A DNA stretch of 64,000 nucleotides from Octopus vulgaris. Its lineage: Eukaryota. The stretch covers positions 44,454,001-44,518,000 of the forward strand of contig OX597827.1 of the NCBI GenBank assembly GCA_951406725.2, read 5' to 3'. A program made the position numbers and the translations under genes. Shown here piece after piece: positions 12,226 to 26,168 of this stretch; positions within the stretch are counted from its first letter, which is position 1; each line of letters begins with the position of its first letter. A model generated the notes under the pieces. The model saw only the letters and a list, made by a program, of their open reading frames with translations. It searched no databases and was not told the origin of the DNA.

Positions 12226-13432
12226 TAATAAAATAATATGAGGTAAAGTACAAAAGCTACAACTTGGTTTGAACTCAAAAGCTCTGCTGCCAATAATCAA
12301 TAAAGTATTTTAAATCTGTAGCCTTGGTAACAAAATATATCTATACACAATGAAAATAACTGATGGAAGTGGAAAAAAAACTGCTACAAAAAAAAAAAAG
12401 AGCTTTGATTGTAACCTTCTTTAAACAAAGATAGTTTTGTTCTTATTGTTATTAATGTTCCTCTCTGTAAAAGGCTTGGTATATAATTGATTAACTATCA
12501 AACATTTTGATGTAGCAAGAAACCAAACTAGGTACAGTTAATGTGTAAGTGTCAAGGAAATGCCCTGCAATGATGAAATTTCAATGTGATGGGGGAGAGA
12601 GAGAGAGATAGAAAGAGGGAGAGGAGGAGGAGAGAGAGAGAGATGGATGAAGGCATTTTATACATATTTTATTCCTGCTAATGCTGAGCAACAACTTCTT
12701 TTAACCCTTTCAACAAACAGCCAATAAGAGCAGCTACCTTCTTATACAAGAGAATGTATTTTCCATTTTGTCTGTGTGTGTGTGTGGGGAGGTATTTTTA
12801 GTATTAAGCCTGAAACATGTCTTAGCAGATAAACATGGATATAAAATCTAAGTAGCTTTAACAGTTTCTTAAGAAGCCTAGAGAAAGGCACATCTAAAAA
12901 ACAAAACAAAATAAGAAAGAGAGAAAGATGCCAGCTATTGTGCTACTAGGAAATGAATAAAATGGGCTTATGGAGGGAAAAAAACAAACAAAATTGTATA
13001 ATGATTACAATATGTATCATAGCTGAAACTTGGGGGTGGCTTTAGAAGTCATAGAAGCAGCAGCAGCAACAGAAATTTGTCACCATCTGATAAGGATACG
13101 GTCATTATTCGTGTCAACCATACTGAAGTGTTGCTCAGTTTCAATTAATGATATCAAACTGAAGGTCAATTAAATACTGCATAAATTACATAGCAGATTC
13201 AATGCTCGGAGAGTAGAACTTTAAAGTAGTTGATTTCAAGAGAATGGCTTAAAATACAAGTGTTAAGTATTTTATATTGCAGTAAAAGAGGAATTTGAGA
13301 AATAGGCATTGCCATAATGTAAAATTTAAGAGCTCACACAAAAGAAAGAGAAAGTTAGGGTTATCATGTATGGCCATTCATACCAAGCCTACTCCAGCAT
13401 GGTTGGTGGTCGTGAGAATGGCTGCTCTAGTC

Positions 13433-13744
13433 CAGGGGTCAGAAACTTTTTTAACCAATTACCCCAAAATATATTTATTTACACCAATGTAATCCCCTTG
13501 ATTTGAAAGTAAGAAAATCATAGCTTCTTTGAATTCAAAAGGTTTGTTGACTCTTTTTATATGAATCTATTTACATGTCCATTACAGTGGAAAGATGCAG
13601 TGTTGCCAGAAGAAAAATTCCTATCATAACAAGGAACATGTTTTTTTAATATAACTTCACCTATGCTGAATGAGTCCTAATTTACCTCCAACAATTTCAT
13701 TTTTACCCCACTTTGGGTAATTTACCCCGGTTTGCCAACCTCTG
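13433..13744. mobile_element. hAT-type MITE
   Basis: Ends CAGGGGTCAGAAAC and GTTTGCCAACCTCTG; 8-bp flanks CTCTAGTC and CTTTAGCC (6/8, central TA). Confidence 0.75.
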
Positions 13745-14389
13745 CTTTAGCCTAATGCAGCGTATCTCAATGGAGGTTCCACAAGAAAGAGTGAGATAAG
13801 CTAATGCTAATTTCATGATCATAATATTACTATACATGCACAACATGTATTGGTTATTGTAATATTTGTAATATAGACATCATCCTATCTAACCTATTAT
13901 GTTGTCAAAAATATATAACAACCATCTGTTTGTTTACACCACCTGTCTTCGTCTTTTGTTTTTTTGTGAATTCTCCCCGAGATACATTTAGAGATGCCTG
14001 TAATTTATGGACACATGATGAAAAAATATGAGAAAGATATGGTATATAACTTTTTTTGTGCAGGGGTTCCTTGAGACATGTAATTTATTTATTTTAAGGG
14101 TTACGCAAGGATAAAAAGGTTGAGAAACACTGGCCTAATGATATGTGGATTGAGGAGACTTAGCCAACACACACCACTTGTTTTGCTGCTAAATGCAGCG
14201 AGTTAATGAGGTGTCTGGGTCATAGGTACACTTCTGCAGAAGAGATGCAAACTACTGACATTTTAGCCTGTGACCGTATACACTGATGACCTGCTTGCTA
14301 TTTAAAGTATTTCCCAGTAAATATAAAAATATATAAACTCACATCAAGAATTTGGCTCAACATGAAATATATACATCTATATATATTTC

Positions 14390-14795
14390 ATGCAAGAGTG
14401 GTGTGTGGTAAGAAGCTTGCTTCCCAACCACATGATTCCAGGTTCAGTCAGTCCCACTGCAGGGCACTTTGGCAAATGTCTTCTATAGCCTCAGGCCAAT
14501 CAAAGCCTTGTGAGTGGATTTGGTAGATGGAAACTGAAAGAAGCCCATCATATACATATGTGTGTGTGTGTATAAATGTGTGTATCTATGTCAGTGTTTG
14601 TTTCCCACCATCGCCTGACAACTGATGTTGATATGTTTACATCCCTGTAAATTAGTGGTTCGGCAAAAGAGACTGATAGAATAAGTACTAGGCTTATAAA
14701 ATTAAGTCCTGGGGTAAGTTTCTTTGACTAAAAAATTCCTTTAAGATGGTGCGCCAGCATTTCTGCAGTCAAAAGACTGAAATAGGTATAAAAGT
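14390..14795 (+). mobile_element. SINE family A, full length
   Basis: Collinear with the 3276 and 5848 copies. Confidence 0.9.
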
Positions 14796-15479
14796 AATGT
14801 GTGTGTGTGTGTATATATATATTATGCAATCCAAAATCCTGTTATTTTGCAGACTTTTTTCGACGTCTTTTTAGCTATACAACTGTCCATTTACCACTCA
14901 TTTTAACACTGAGCCACTAATGTGGTTGTAAGTTCTTGTATAAGGATTGCATTTAGGTGACTGAATATATTCAAACTTCAAACAGCTGCTTTGTTTTTGT
15001 TTTTTAAACTCTTCATTCCCTTTTTTTAATGGAAATGCCACCAAAGCTTCGAGTAGCATCTAAAGGATGGTGCTTAGCCCTAGAGTTTGGTTTAGATATA
15101 ACAAGGCTGAAATTCTACCTACTCACAGCATACCAGTTGATCAAAAAGTAAACACCCTCAGATAATCTGGTACTTTATTTCTGACAGCTGTGTGAGTGAA
15201 CTGAAACAAATGTAAAATGAAGCAGTTTGTCCAAAAACAATGAAATACTTATAGCAAATTGTTAGCTAAGAGTACAAAATCTAATCTTGTCTTAGTCCAC
15301 AAGACCAGCCTTCAAGTGGCCAAGTGTCAAAAATAAATACTTTACTGATGATAAACTAACACATCAAGTACAATGTGTAAAATAAAAGGTTGATTCTGCC
15401 AATTTAATGGTTTTATTTGCGTGTGATTTGTATTCAGCTGAGAGAAAATGACATTGCTGTTATTGTTGGGTAGTTTCAT

Positions 15480-15650
15480 ATCAACCTGGAGTAAAACCCT
15501 ATGACCACCCAGGTTTTCCTTTTTTTCCCAGACAGTGTTACACTATCCAAACAATATTTCCTTTTCTTCTTTAAGATGTTACAATGTGATCTGAAGGAGA
15601 TTTGACTGATATTTCTAGCAGGTTGCATGTGACCACACAGAGGCTTCTCT
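15480..15650 (-). repeat. Unclassified interspersed repeat (core cctgctagaaatagcagccaaat)
   Basis: Core recurs, degenerate, near 16775 (+), 27540 (+), 31440 (-), 35315 (+), 42975 (-), 44180 (+) and 52225 (+). Confidence 0.65.
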
Positions 15651-15985
15651 TCACTACAAGATGGCAACAGAACAAATAAATGATTATCAAATATCCAAGC
15701 CGAAAGCTTCAAGACCAGTCATGCTGGTGACTAAAATCTCTCAGAAATTCCACTAACCAAATTCATTTCTCCCACTTTATCCCAATTTTTGCTATTCATG
15801 TTCTTCTCTACTGCTAGTGAAATATCTTTAATGGAAATAGCCGATGCTAATGCAGAATTCCTAACTGGAGAATAAGGTGGGACAGTTTATTTAATATTAC
15901 TTCAATGCTTTTATCAAACAACACTTAATTTCAAACAGAACTAAAAATAAAAGCATATATTTTTTTATAGACATCATATTTTAGT

Positions 15986-15988
<3 letters not shown>

Positions 15989-16022
<34 letters not shown>
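15989..16022 (+). repeat. (GA)n microsatellite
   Basis: Pure GA tract; others near 8101, 12595, 35743, 39743 and 62740. Confidence 0.95.
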
Positions 16023-16026
<4 letters not shown>

Positions 16027-19000
16027 TGCAGAATAGGTTGGTTTATAGAGGAATTAACCTAAAAGATCACAAATTTAAATACTACCTAAGGCAGTGAAAT
16101 AATACTACCAGACAAAGCTCATTACATACTCCAATTTGCTTAGCTAAACACAAGTATCACATCTCTTGAAGAGAGGAGACTTGGATAAAATCACACATAT
16201 TGCCACAAGGTAGGATTACAAAACAACACATGTTTACGACCTTATTAATATTCTTAAAACATCATATTTTGGTCTTGCTATAAAATAACATTTGGGGTTA
16301 TAACCCCAAATGTTTTTGGCAAATCATCAGACAAGAATTCCTTGATAGTCTTGCCAAGCTTAAGTGTAGATGTCACAAGATTTATTGAGAATAGTGTAGT
16401 TTTAGAAATAAACAAATTAGATTGCATGGTTGCAAACACAAGCCATAAATTATACAGATTATTACGCAGCATGATTAACAAACAAAAAAAAATCAGTACA
16501 TGAAAGCCTAATTAACATTTGCAACATTGTATTGTGGTTAATATCTGATTGGTCATACAAACAAATAAGCAGAAGTAGACTGGACAGGAGGTCAACAGCA
16601 GTGGCTGGCCACCAAGTACAAGAAGAGACATACAAATTTATAAACACTACATTCACAAACAGACCTATATATATATATATATATAGTCATCTTAAACAAT
16701 ATTAAGAAAAGAGAGAAAACAGTTTAAGAAATACCACTAACAAACGCTATCTTCCTTTTAGGTAGCTGCAAAACCTGCTAGAAAAAGCAGCCTAATTTGT
16801 CTAAAAATCTCACCCAAGTGTTTTTAAAAAAATATTAAAAAAAACTGAAAGCAATTAATGTAGATCAAGAGGATATTACATACAAGAAGGCAGAGTGGTC
16901 ACAGCTGGAGGTGTTTCTGATCACAGGTCTGTTTGATCAGAGCTGATATGAGATGAAATTAAGTCAAGATAGAAATTTCAAAGTCAGCTGCAAGTTGTTG
17001 CAAAGAAAATCTACCAAAGTTAGTGATGTGATATACAAAAAGCAGGCTATGTATAAGTTTCAAATGTAAACTAAATAGTATGCCTTCCCTTGGAGCTATT
17101 ACAATAACATGGTTAAATTGTAAATAAAATTAGGTTAACAACAATTCAAAGTATTCTACTTGCATGATAAAGAACTACAACAAATGCAAACCAAGGCCAC
17201 AATATCAACTAGAGAGTGCTTTATTACTAAATGATTGAGAATGGTTGTTCCTTATCAATATAGTAGTAATGGGTAAGGCACGACTACACAGCACAACACC
17301 ACTCCGCCACACCTACTCACACAGATCAATGAAACAGAAAGTACCAACTCTGAATCGATTGTAAAATTCATGATCAAGAACCATGAAAACCTATAACAAC
17401 ATTTACAATGTGATTTATAACAAAGGAGTGACTTCAGAAGTATCTCTCACACTTGTTTGTTTTAGCTAGCAGTTCTAAGCATTTGTGTTAGTGCCAACTA
17501 TGTCAATACCAATGTCAATACAGTGAATAGCTTACATCATAGGAATCACACACACACACACACACTTTTTAAGGCACAAATGAAATTTACGAAACAATTA
17601 CAATAGCATACATGATTCTAAAAAATTAAATTATGTTGATGTTTAGACCTCTTCTGTCTAGCTGGTCCTCACTGAACAAACTCTAGATTAAAAGCTATCA
17701 AGTCATAACCGTTGTTGATTTCTCAGGATTAGTGTAACACCAGACACACATTAACCATGCGATGTGAGTGAAATTTAGCAACTAATTCCAAAATCAAATA
17801 AGCAGAGAGAAACCATATACTTACACTATCTTTGGATACTGTTAGTGAATTGAATGCTAATATCACACACAATTTAACCATTTATTTTTATTGATATTCA
17901 TATTACCAATATGTAGATATATAAGTTCAATATGCAGATATAAATTTATATAAAAATGATGAAAATTCTAAATTGAAAAATAATGAGTTAGTGAAAGTTT
18001 TCCCGTTACCAAACTTTTAACAACAAAATAGGAAAAAATATGACAGTTTAATAAATAGTGTCTGGATTTATGCAATTTATTTATTTATTTTTTATTTTGC
18101 CAAGCATCAAATTAGTTTCCAACATTAAATTCTTGCACTACAAAAATATCCACATTGGTTGTAATTGTAAATAATACTTTTCTGTGATATGGAGTCTGAT
18201 CATAAATGTGTGTGCGTACGTATGTGCATGCACACACATGGACAGATTCTTTTATTGAATTATGTTTAGTGGTCTGGTGAAATCATGGCTTTTAATTTGT
18301 CTGAACCCCAAGAGACAATAAGAATGTTTTCTCATGCACTTTTTTTTCTTTCTAATTCATGAACAAGCTTGACAGGACACAGCATCGTTTCAATAATAAA
18401 AGAGAGGACAAAATTACAACAGGGAACAGAAGAAGAAGAATAAGTGTTCACACAAGATGGCCACTGAGTCACTGCAAGAGTACTATTAATTAGAGGCACA
18501 GTGTTAGTAGTTCTTGTGATCTGCAGCTTCTAAGAGTGAGAGGCACAAAAAGAACAATGCTGTGCTCTGTTGCTATACACAAAACCTGCAGAAAATTCCT
18601 ACTGGTTCACAACATATCCATAACGGGCTGCACTAATCAACACCATGACAACCAATGAACAGTTTATTATACATCAGTGGCATCAGACAATTTAATACAA
18701 AAATACTAGCATGACACAACAAACAGACCTTTCTGAGAATTTCCTAACACATTGCTTTACTCTTCATTGGAGCATGACCTTTAACATCAATGACCTCCGA
18801 AACCATCCTATTTGTTTGTTTATTTTTATTCATTCATTCCTTCACAGAATGTCCATTGTTTCTTCTTCAAAAGTAAAATTTTTAAAAAATAAAAATAAGC
18901 CCTTTTGGCCTTGACTTCTATGAAACATTTAAAGAGAGAGGAGGGAATGAGAGGAATTTAGAGAAATACTTCAGATTAACTGCCTAAACTGTTATCTTGA

Positions 19001-20329
19001 TTCAAACCTTGTTTCTAGCATCAGGAAGCAAAAGATTATTTCTACTTGCCTCAATCAACCTAGCAGAAAATAGCAACAAACTTCCACTTCATAATGGTTG
19101 TTGATTCTTTTTTATTTTCTTTCTTTCTTTTTTTTTGTTTTTGTTTTGTATATTGCTATTGTTAGGTAAGCTGTATGCAATCAGTTCTGATAGCAGGGCA
19201 CTGAAGTAGCTAATAAGAAAGAGAATTTGAGTAGTTCCTGTTAAGAAAACAGCACCTGCTCTCTGAAACAAATTCAAGCAAACTATCTATGAATTACCAT
19301 AACCAACCGAAGCATAGGGAATACGTTAAGAGGAAATTAGAGAGGATAAGAAATGGTGCAAAAGAAAAAAAAGAAAGAAAAAAAATCTCCAAGACTGGGT
19401 ATGTTGATTGATGCTCATGCCATTTTCCAAGGGCACCAGTACTAAAAATGTCATAATGGCTTCAGATTTTGACACAAGACCAGCAATTTTATTAGGAAGA
19501 ATATATTGATTATATTGATCCCGGTGCTGAACTAGTATTTTATTTTATCAATCCTAGAAGAACGAAAAGCACAGTCAACCCCGGTAAATGTAAAGAAAAG
19601 AGCTGGAATACTGAAAAATGTAATAATGACTCCACTTAACTAATACTAAGCAAAAGGCTTACTCTAGATTGGCTCCAATCAAGTAGGCCTATGATCAAGA
19701 TCATTCCAGCCATGACAATCTCATTTTTTAACCTACCCCACCCCCACATACACCAGATAATGAATCTACCAAAGATTATAATCCCAATGTATGCATTGCT
19801 TTTTTTTTTTTAAAGATGGTAACATGTGACTGAAAGGAGATTTTTGCTGGTGTTTTAAAAACAGTAAACACACATTGAGAGAGAGGGGCTGTCTGGTGTA
19901 CAGATGACTGAATCATACAAAACAAAACTGAAAGTAAAATTGAATCTATTGGTGTTGGAAATGAAAATAAAGACAGATAAAGTTGAACACAACACACACC
20001 CAGTAATTTTACTGTCTTTCCTATCATTTAATAATATCCTTGGAATACACTAAAAATAATTTATTTTGACTAGGCCTGTTTATTATTTTCTTTTTATATA
20101 TATATATTGAAGGCATCATAGTCAGCTAAATCAATTCTGAGACAATGAGAAACCATTACATTATTGCTCAACCTGTTAAAGATAGCTGCCAAACCTCCAT
20201 CTCAAGTATTTCAGTCAATTAAATTGATTGTTGTACTTACTTTATGAATGCAGATTTTACTGACATTGAAACAAATATTTTAAGGTAATTAGTATGGAGA
20301 CGATGATGATGATGATGATGATAAACTTT

Positions 20330-21342
20330 CCTAATCTAGGCACAGGGCATGAAATTAGATTGACTGCCAGTACGCAACTGGTACTTAATTCATTGACCCC
20401 CAAAAGGATGAAAGGCAAAGTCAACCTCAGTGGAATTTGAACTCCGAATGTAAAGACAGACAAAATACTGCTAAGTGTTTCGCCCGGAATGCTAATGTTT
20501 CTGCCAGCTTGCTGCCTTCAATAATAATAATAATAATAATAATGACAATAATAATGGTTTTTAATTTAGGCACAAAGCCAGCAATTCTGATGCCACAGAT
20601 CCCAGAGGGATGAAAGACAAAGTTGACTAAGGTAGGATTTGAACTCTGAACACAGCAAGTCAGAACAAATACCAGAAAGACATTTTTATGACACTCTAAT
20701 AAACTGTGCCAATCCACAACTCTAATAATTCTTTCTACTATAGATACAAAGCTTGAAAATTACATCAATGTTAGACCTTGCCTTCCATCCCTTCAGAATC
20801 AATAATATGAAGACTTGACAGAATTTGTCACTGCTCTAATAATAATAATAATAATAATAACTTATTTATGATTCTATTGGTTTTCCACAGTAGTAGTAAA
20901 CCGTTTTACTATATGCACAAGGCCTGAAATTTCAGGGGAGAGAATTAGTCGATTACATTGGCCCCAGGGCTCAACTGGTACCTATTTCATCGACCTTGAA
21001 AGGATGGACAGTGAAGTCAATCTTGGTGGAATATGAACTCAGAATGAAAATACAGAAAAAATACCGCTAAGATGTCCAGTGTGCTAATGATTCTGTCAGC
21101 TTGCAACCTTAATAGTAATAACAACAACAACAACAATAATAATCCATTCTGGTATAGGCGCAAGGCCTGAAATTTGGGGGGAGGGGTTAAGTCAATTACA
21201 TCGACCCCATTCTTTCACCGGTACTTAATTTATTGACCCTGAAAGGGTGAAAGGCAAAGTCAACCTCGATGGAATTTGAACTCGGATTGTAAAGATGGAT
21301 GAAATGCCATGAAGCATTTCACCAGGCGTGCTAACGATTCTA
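20330..21342 (-). mobile_element. Cluster of at least 4 SINE family B copies joined by (AAT)n, (GAT)n and (AAC)n
   Basis: ggatgaaaggcaaagtcaacctc..ggaatttgaactc repeats at ~20405, 20608, 21002 and 21245. Confidence 0.88.
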
Positions 21343-22257
21343 ACAAAATAAAAAAAATGAAATTATATGTTTACATACCACAAGTACATTGTAGTAAACA
21401 AAAGATATTATACCATTGTTTAACTGCAGTGAAGCTCAACACTTCAGTGGAAAACCTGTTCACTATGGGCTCTGTTCTGTTTCACTCTCGACTTAAAACA
21501 ATGCTGACCCTCAACTTTCGAGTAATCAGTTCACTGCATGATGTATCAGTTGATCAAGGCTGTTGCCAATTAGTGTTGCAAACACTAATTTCTATAAAAT
21601 TACTGGGGCAAACATGGTGGTGGTGGTAGCAGCAGCAGCAGTGGTGGTGGTGGTGGTAGTAGTAGTAGTAGTAGTGACAATGGCAGGCAACAGCAGGAGG
21701 AATAGGAAGCTTAAGGCCAGTAATTACATGCTTAAGTGCAGGAGCTATAAATAAACATCATTCAGAGATTTTAGATTGCATCTTTACTTCGGCCCACACA
21801 TGCTGACATTACATCATCAATACCCTTCGTCAAAGTACCAAGCCAGTGCATAACTTTAAATCATCCCTCATACCATATCTCAAACAGTTAACCAACATGC
21901 CAACACCATTTCCCATCTTTATTTCCCTGCCTATCAAAGTAGCTTTTTATTATTATTATTTTTTTTTCTTCACTTTACACTCTCAGAAGAATATCACAGC
22001 TTGTGTAGCCCAAAGCAATAAAGGAATCCTTTAATATTCATAATACTAATGGTATTTAAATATGTTAATGTATTCATATGAAACTGAAGGAAAAAGAAGA
22101 AAAAAAATTCAAACTTCCAGTGAGATTTGGCAGGTGAGGGAGGATCCTGTTACTTAGCAAAGTTGTTTTGATTACCTTTCTTCCTCATGGCAAACTAACT
22201 TATTCTCACTTAGTGAACTGTAAGTATGGTTGGTTTAAACAATATTTAACCACTTTT

Positions 22258-22475
22258 TAAGACAGCAAGCTGGCAGAAACGTTAGCACATCGGGCAAAAT
22301 GCTTAGCGGTATTTTGTCTGTCCTTATGTTCTGAGTTCAAATTCTGCCGAGGTCAACTTAGCCTTTCGTCCTTTCAGGGTCGATAAATTAAGTACCAGTT
22401 GCGTACTAGTGTCAATGTAATTGACTGCCCTCCACCACTCCAAAAATTCCGGGCCTTGTGCCTAGAGTAGAAAAG
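22258..22475 (+). mobile_element. SINE family B, full length with a 17-bp TSD
   Basis: AATATTTAACCACTTTT at 22241-22257 and 22476-22492; A-box AGCTGGCAGAA, B-box GAGTTCAAATTC. Confidence 0.92.
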
Positions 22476-22484
22476 AATATTTAA

Positions 22485-23071
22485 CCACTTTTGTTACTAT
22501 AGAGAAATAACTCATTGTTAATCTGGTGTTTAGAACATAAATCAACCCTTTTGTGATGATATTTCTGTTGAAATACACTGCCTTTGTTTTATTAATTTTG
22601 AAAATAACGAATTTAGTAAAATGACTTGTTTTTAAGCTGGTGAATGGTACACAAATTAGCATGAATTTAAATCACTTTAGGGGTTTTATTTTGTTGGGCC
22701 AAGAGTGATCTTTAGTTTTGGTATCAAAAAAGAAAACCTGAAATTTTGATGGCAGGTTATAATTTAGAACACTTTAACCCATTAATATGCCCATAAAATA
22801 ATGAAGTCTTAAAATTTAACTGTATTTAGATTAAACATTATGGTAAGCTCTCACAATCTGGAAGAGGACATATGCAACTGTTACCTACGGGTGTTGACTA
22901 CCTGCTGAATATATCGTGTGCTCAATCAGATGCTTCTTGGCAAGTTTATGTCCAAACAATTAGGAGCAGGTTTTGCATTGCAAAAATGCAACCAGGGGTA
23001 TATATGGGTTAAAACAGTAAATTTGTGTCATGGAACCAAGGGTAGTCTCAGGCAGGTTTGAATCAAAAGAG
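22485..23071. mobile_element. Family-2-related TTAA MITE with two nested MITEs (~22546-22733 and 22778-23008)
   Basis: Outer ends TTAA|CCACTTTTGTTAC and GAATCAAAAGAG|TTAT; inner TTAA|CCCATTAATATGCCC...GGGTATATATGGG|TTAA. Confidence 0.75.
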
Positions 23072-23180
23072 TTATTTCAGATCATATTCAGATGCATTTT
23101 ATTGTGAAAACTTTGGGGACACATTCAACAGAAAGCATCTCTTTTCTGCCAGGCCCACACCTGATGACATGACTTTTAAA

Positions 23181-23230
<50 letters not shown>

Positions 23231-24069
23231 TACCTTAAAACCTTATATATATATATATACACACACATATATATCCTTGTCAGAGTTGCTTGGCAAAAGA
23301 AAACACTTAAGACTAACAAAGTCCAACCAGTCGTAAAATAATAAGTACCATACTAAGCTTGAATAAACTGCTGTAAACTGTGAAGATGTGTGGCACCCAA
23401 GTAGGTGCCAAAAAAAAAAAAATTCTTTTAGCTTGCAGAACTAAGCTCTTTGCCCTTCCAGTCTGCTAACTAGAAAGTTGAAATTCACTTGATAGAGCAA
23501 TTCATGCAAGTGTATGGATTAACAAAACCATCCAACACCCACAGAAGCATGAAGAAAAGCAGACTAGGAAGAGAGAAAGAGAGGCATGTGATGGGTGCAC
23601 AGACTTCAAAATATTTTGCACAGATAAAATTAACTAAAAGGAAAGAAAAATTCAAAACCAACTTCTACAAAACAGGCGTCTTGTTAGGTTTTTTTTTATT
23701 ACCTTTTTTTTTGTTTTTGTTTTTACAAACATTTAATATCCTAGCTCGCCAAATCTAACCACCATAAAAATAGTGATATTTGTTCCAAATGGACACACCA
23801 CACCTCATTTAAATATTGCTTTTGCCAATAAGGAAACACACACCAAGACGCACGCAGCACAGTTTCAATGAAGTATGTATAGTGACTGTTATTTTGTACT
23901 GTTGACGGACACCAGCCAGTAAGCTTACAGTGAAGGGTCTTTTTCAAAGTGTCTATTGCAAGTCCAGTATATGGTGGTATGCCAATACAGATGCACATTA
24001 ATACATGTAAAGTTGCATTTCTTACATGTTGCATTTCTTACATGAATATATCAATACATGTAACACCAC

Positions 24070-24245
24070 TAATGCTTAGCGGTATTTTGTGTGTTTATGT
24101 TCTGAGTTCAAATTCTACCGTGGTCAATTTTGTTTTCACCTTTCTGGGACCAATAAAATAAGTATCAGTCAAGCACTAGAGTCAATGTTATCAACTAGCC
24201 CCATTCGTCAAAAACTTCAGGCCTTGTGCCTTTAGTAGAAAGGAT
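24070..24245 (+). mobile_element. SINE family B (second copy at ~24640-24815)
   Basis: aatgcttagcggtattttg...ctgagttcaaattc...caggccttgtgcc..tagtagaaaggattatt. Confidence 0.85.
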
Positions 24246-24267
24246 TATTATTATTATTATTATTATT

Positions 24268-24600
24268 CAGTGAGAGAGCAGCACATGCCAAAGTGACACA
24301 GGGGTACAAGTATATATGAAGCCTAATATACTCATCATGACTACCCATTTGATAAAAGCACACCAGGCACATGCATCACAGCCATGTGTGCAACATGGCG
24401 ATCTCATATCAAGATAAACAGTACATGATCTTGTAGGTGGGGCCCAGTTGGAATTTTCATCAGGTTAAGTAGCCGATCCCACTCAAAAGTTCCCTGTTTA
24501 AGGGTTGTTTAAGGATGATGAACAAAACACCCAAGCTTTCAAGGGTAAATTATTCAAGCCCCAAAGAACCCCTCTCAACACATGGTTGATATACTCCCCT
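24268..24600. mobile_element. Interspersed repeat embedded in (TAT)n/(TAC)n, possibly a Dong/R4-like LINE end
   Basis: GC-richer block inserted in the microsatellite tail of a SINE; classification is from recall only. Confidence 0.4.
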
Positions 24601-24829
24601 TTATTACGATTACTACTACTACTACTACTAATACTACTAAGGCTTAGTGGTATTTCTTCCAACTTCACTTTTTGAGTTCAAATGCCGTTAGGGGTCAATA
24701 TTCTTTCCATCCTTTCAGTTTTTATCAAATAAGTACCAATTAAACATTGGCACTGATGTAATCAACTAACCCCTGCCTTAAAATTTCAGGCCTTTTGGCC
24801 ATACTAAAAAGGATTATTGTAGTTGTTGT

Positions 24830-25148
24830 TGAAAGGTGGGTGAATGTTGGAAGAATGGCTAGTGTGAAAGGGCCAATTCTGAGCATGCACCTATAAAAAA
24901 AGGGGGGGGTAAAGGAGAGGAGCTCTTGCCTAGTTGATCAGGCACCTGTGGCTTTTCTGAGTTTTTCTACGAGGACCTAAGCACCCCCCTACAAGGAGTT
25001 TTAATTTGTTTAATTTTTAATAGTTATTTATATTGTTTACATGCGGAAAACTCATTGCATCATCCTGTTTTTGTCTTTTATGTTGTTATATGTCCTTCAA
25101 TGTCATGTTATGTGAGGCCTTGTGGCTAATAAAAGAATGAATTATTAT
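24830..25148 (+). mobile_element. Probable 3' end of an L1/Tx1-like LINE
   Basis: Remnant ERWVNVGRMASVKGPILSMHL-stop, T-rich 3'UTR, AATAAA, then (ATT)n. Confidence 0.5.
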
Positions 25149-25682
25149 TATATACATGCTAAAGGATTAAATATAGCATTTTTATTTTATGATTTCATCA
25201 TCTACTTGAAGCTAGCTACTGACATATGTAATAAGTATTATTTTTATTATTATGAATGCAAAAAGGATTAAATATGTATAACGCTATTACAGGCTTTCTT
25301 ATAAGCAGCTGACTACAAGGCTATCATAAATTTTCACAGAACTGTAGTCATACAAAAAAAAAAATTCAATCTCAGCAATGTCAACATGTAACTTTACTCA
25401 CCAACAATGGGAACTTGTCAGAGGTATAAAATATATCTTAGCAAATACTCTTCATTTTAAAAAGAGCCATGTAAGAGACTAAACTAACAATAAAGTGTGT
25501 GGAGGGGATGGGGGTGGAGGCGGTTGAGTGTCCATTTGTTCATTCTTTCATGCCAAATTTAATCTCTCTGGCAGATCTGTCAAATTGGAAGTAGAGCAAA
25601 AAGAGAAGAAAAAAGTTTACTCAGGTGGTGAAGAAAGAAAGCTGGTTCCACCTTCAAAAATACTTTTGTAAATAATCTGAAC

Positions 25683-25713
<31 letters not shown>

Positions 25714-25951
25714 TAGAGAGAGAGAGCTAATCAAACTAATTTGATGAATAAATGATACTGCAAAGTGCTAATTACAGAGTTAATATTTAGTTAGAGCTGT
25801 GACATTAGTCAGCATCAGTGGTCCTTAAATTAACCCGGACAGAATAGCAGCCCCTTGAGATGTTGTAAGCCCCAAAGGATGGGAGGGGGCCACTAGTGGG
25901 ATGCTGAATGTTTAAAAGGATTGTAAATTTTGTTCAAAGTAATACACTTGG

Positions 25952-26168
25952 CCCTGTAGCAGTCACACTATTCTCTCAAAAGTAATGTTTATTTATTCAT
26001 ATAGTTTTGAATTAATCATGCATTATCTTGTAGCTTAGAGATTTTGATGAGGTAACTTAATTTTTAGGATGATATCGTAGAGTTGGTGTGAGAGGGCAGA
26101 TTGGCCAATTTGTACATAAAACAGGTAGAATATTTTGAGTAGATATGGCTGGTTTAAATGCTGAAGAG
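25952..26168. mobile_element. TTAA MITE family 1, degenerate
   Basis: attaatcatgcattatct...gatatggctggtttaaatgctgaagag|ttaa, homologous to the 2745 copy. Confidence 0.75.
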
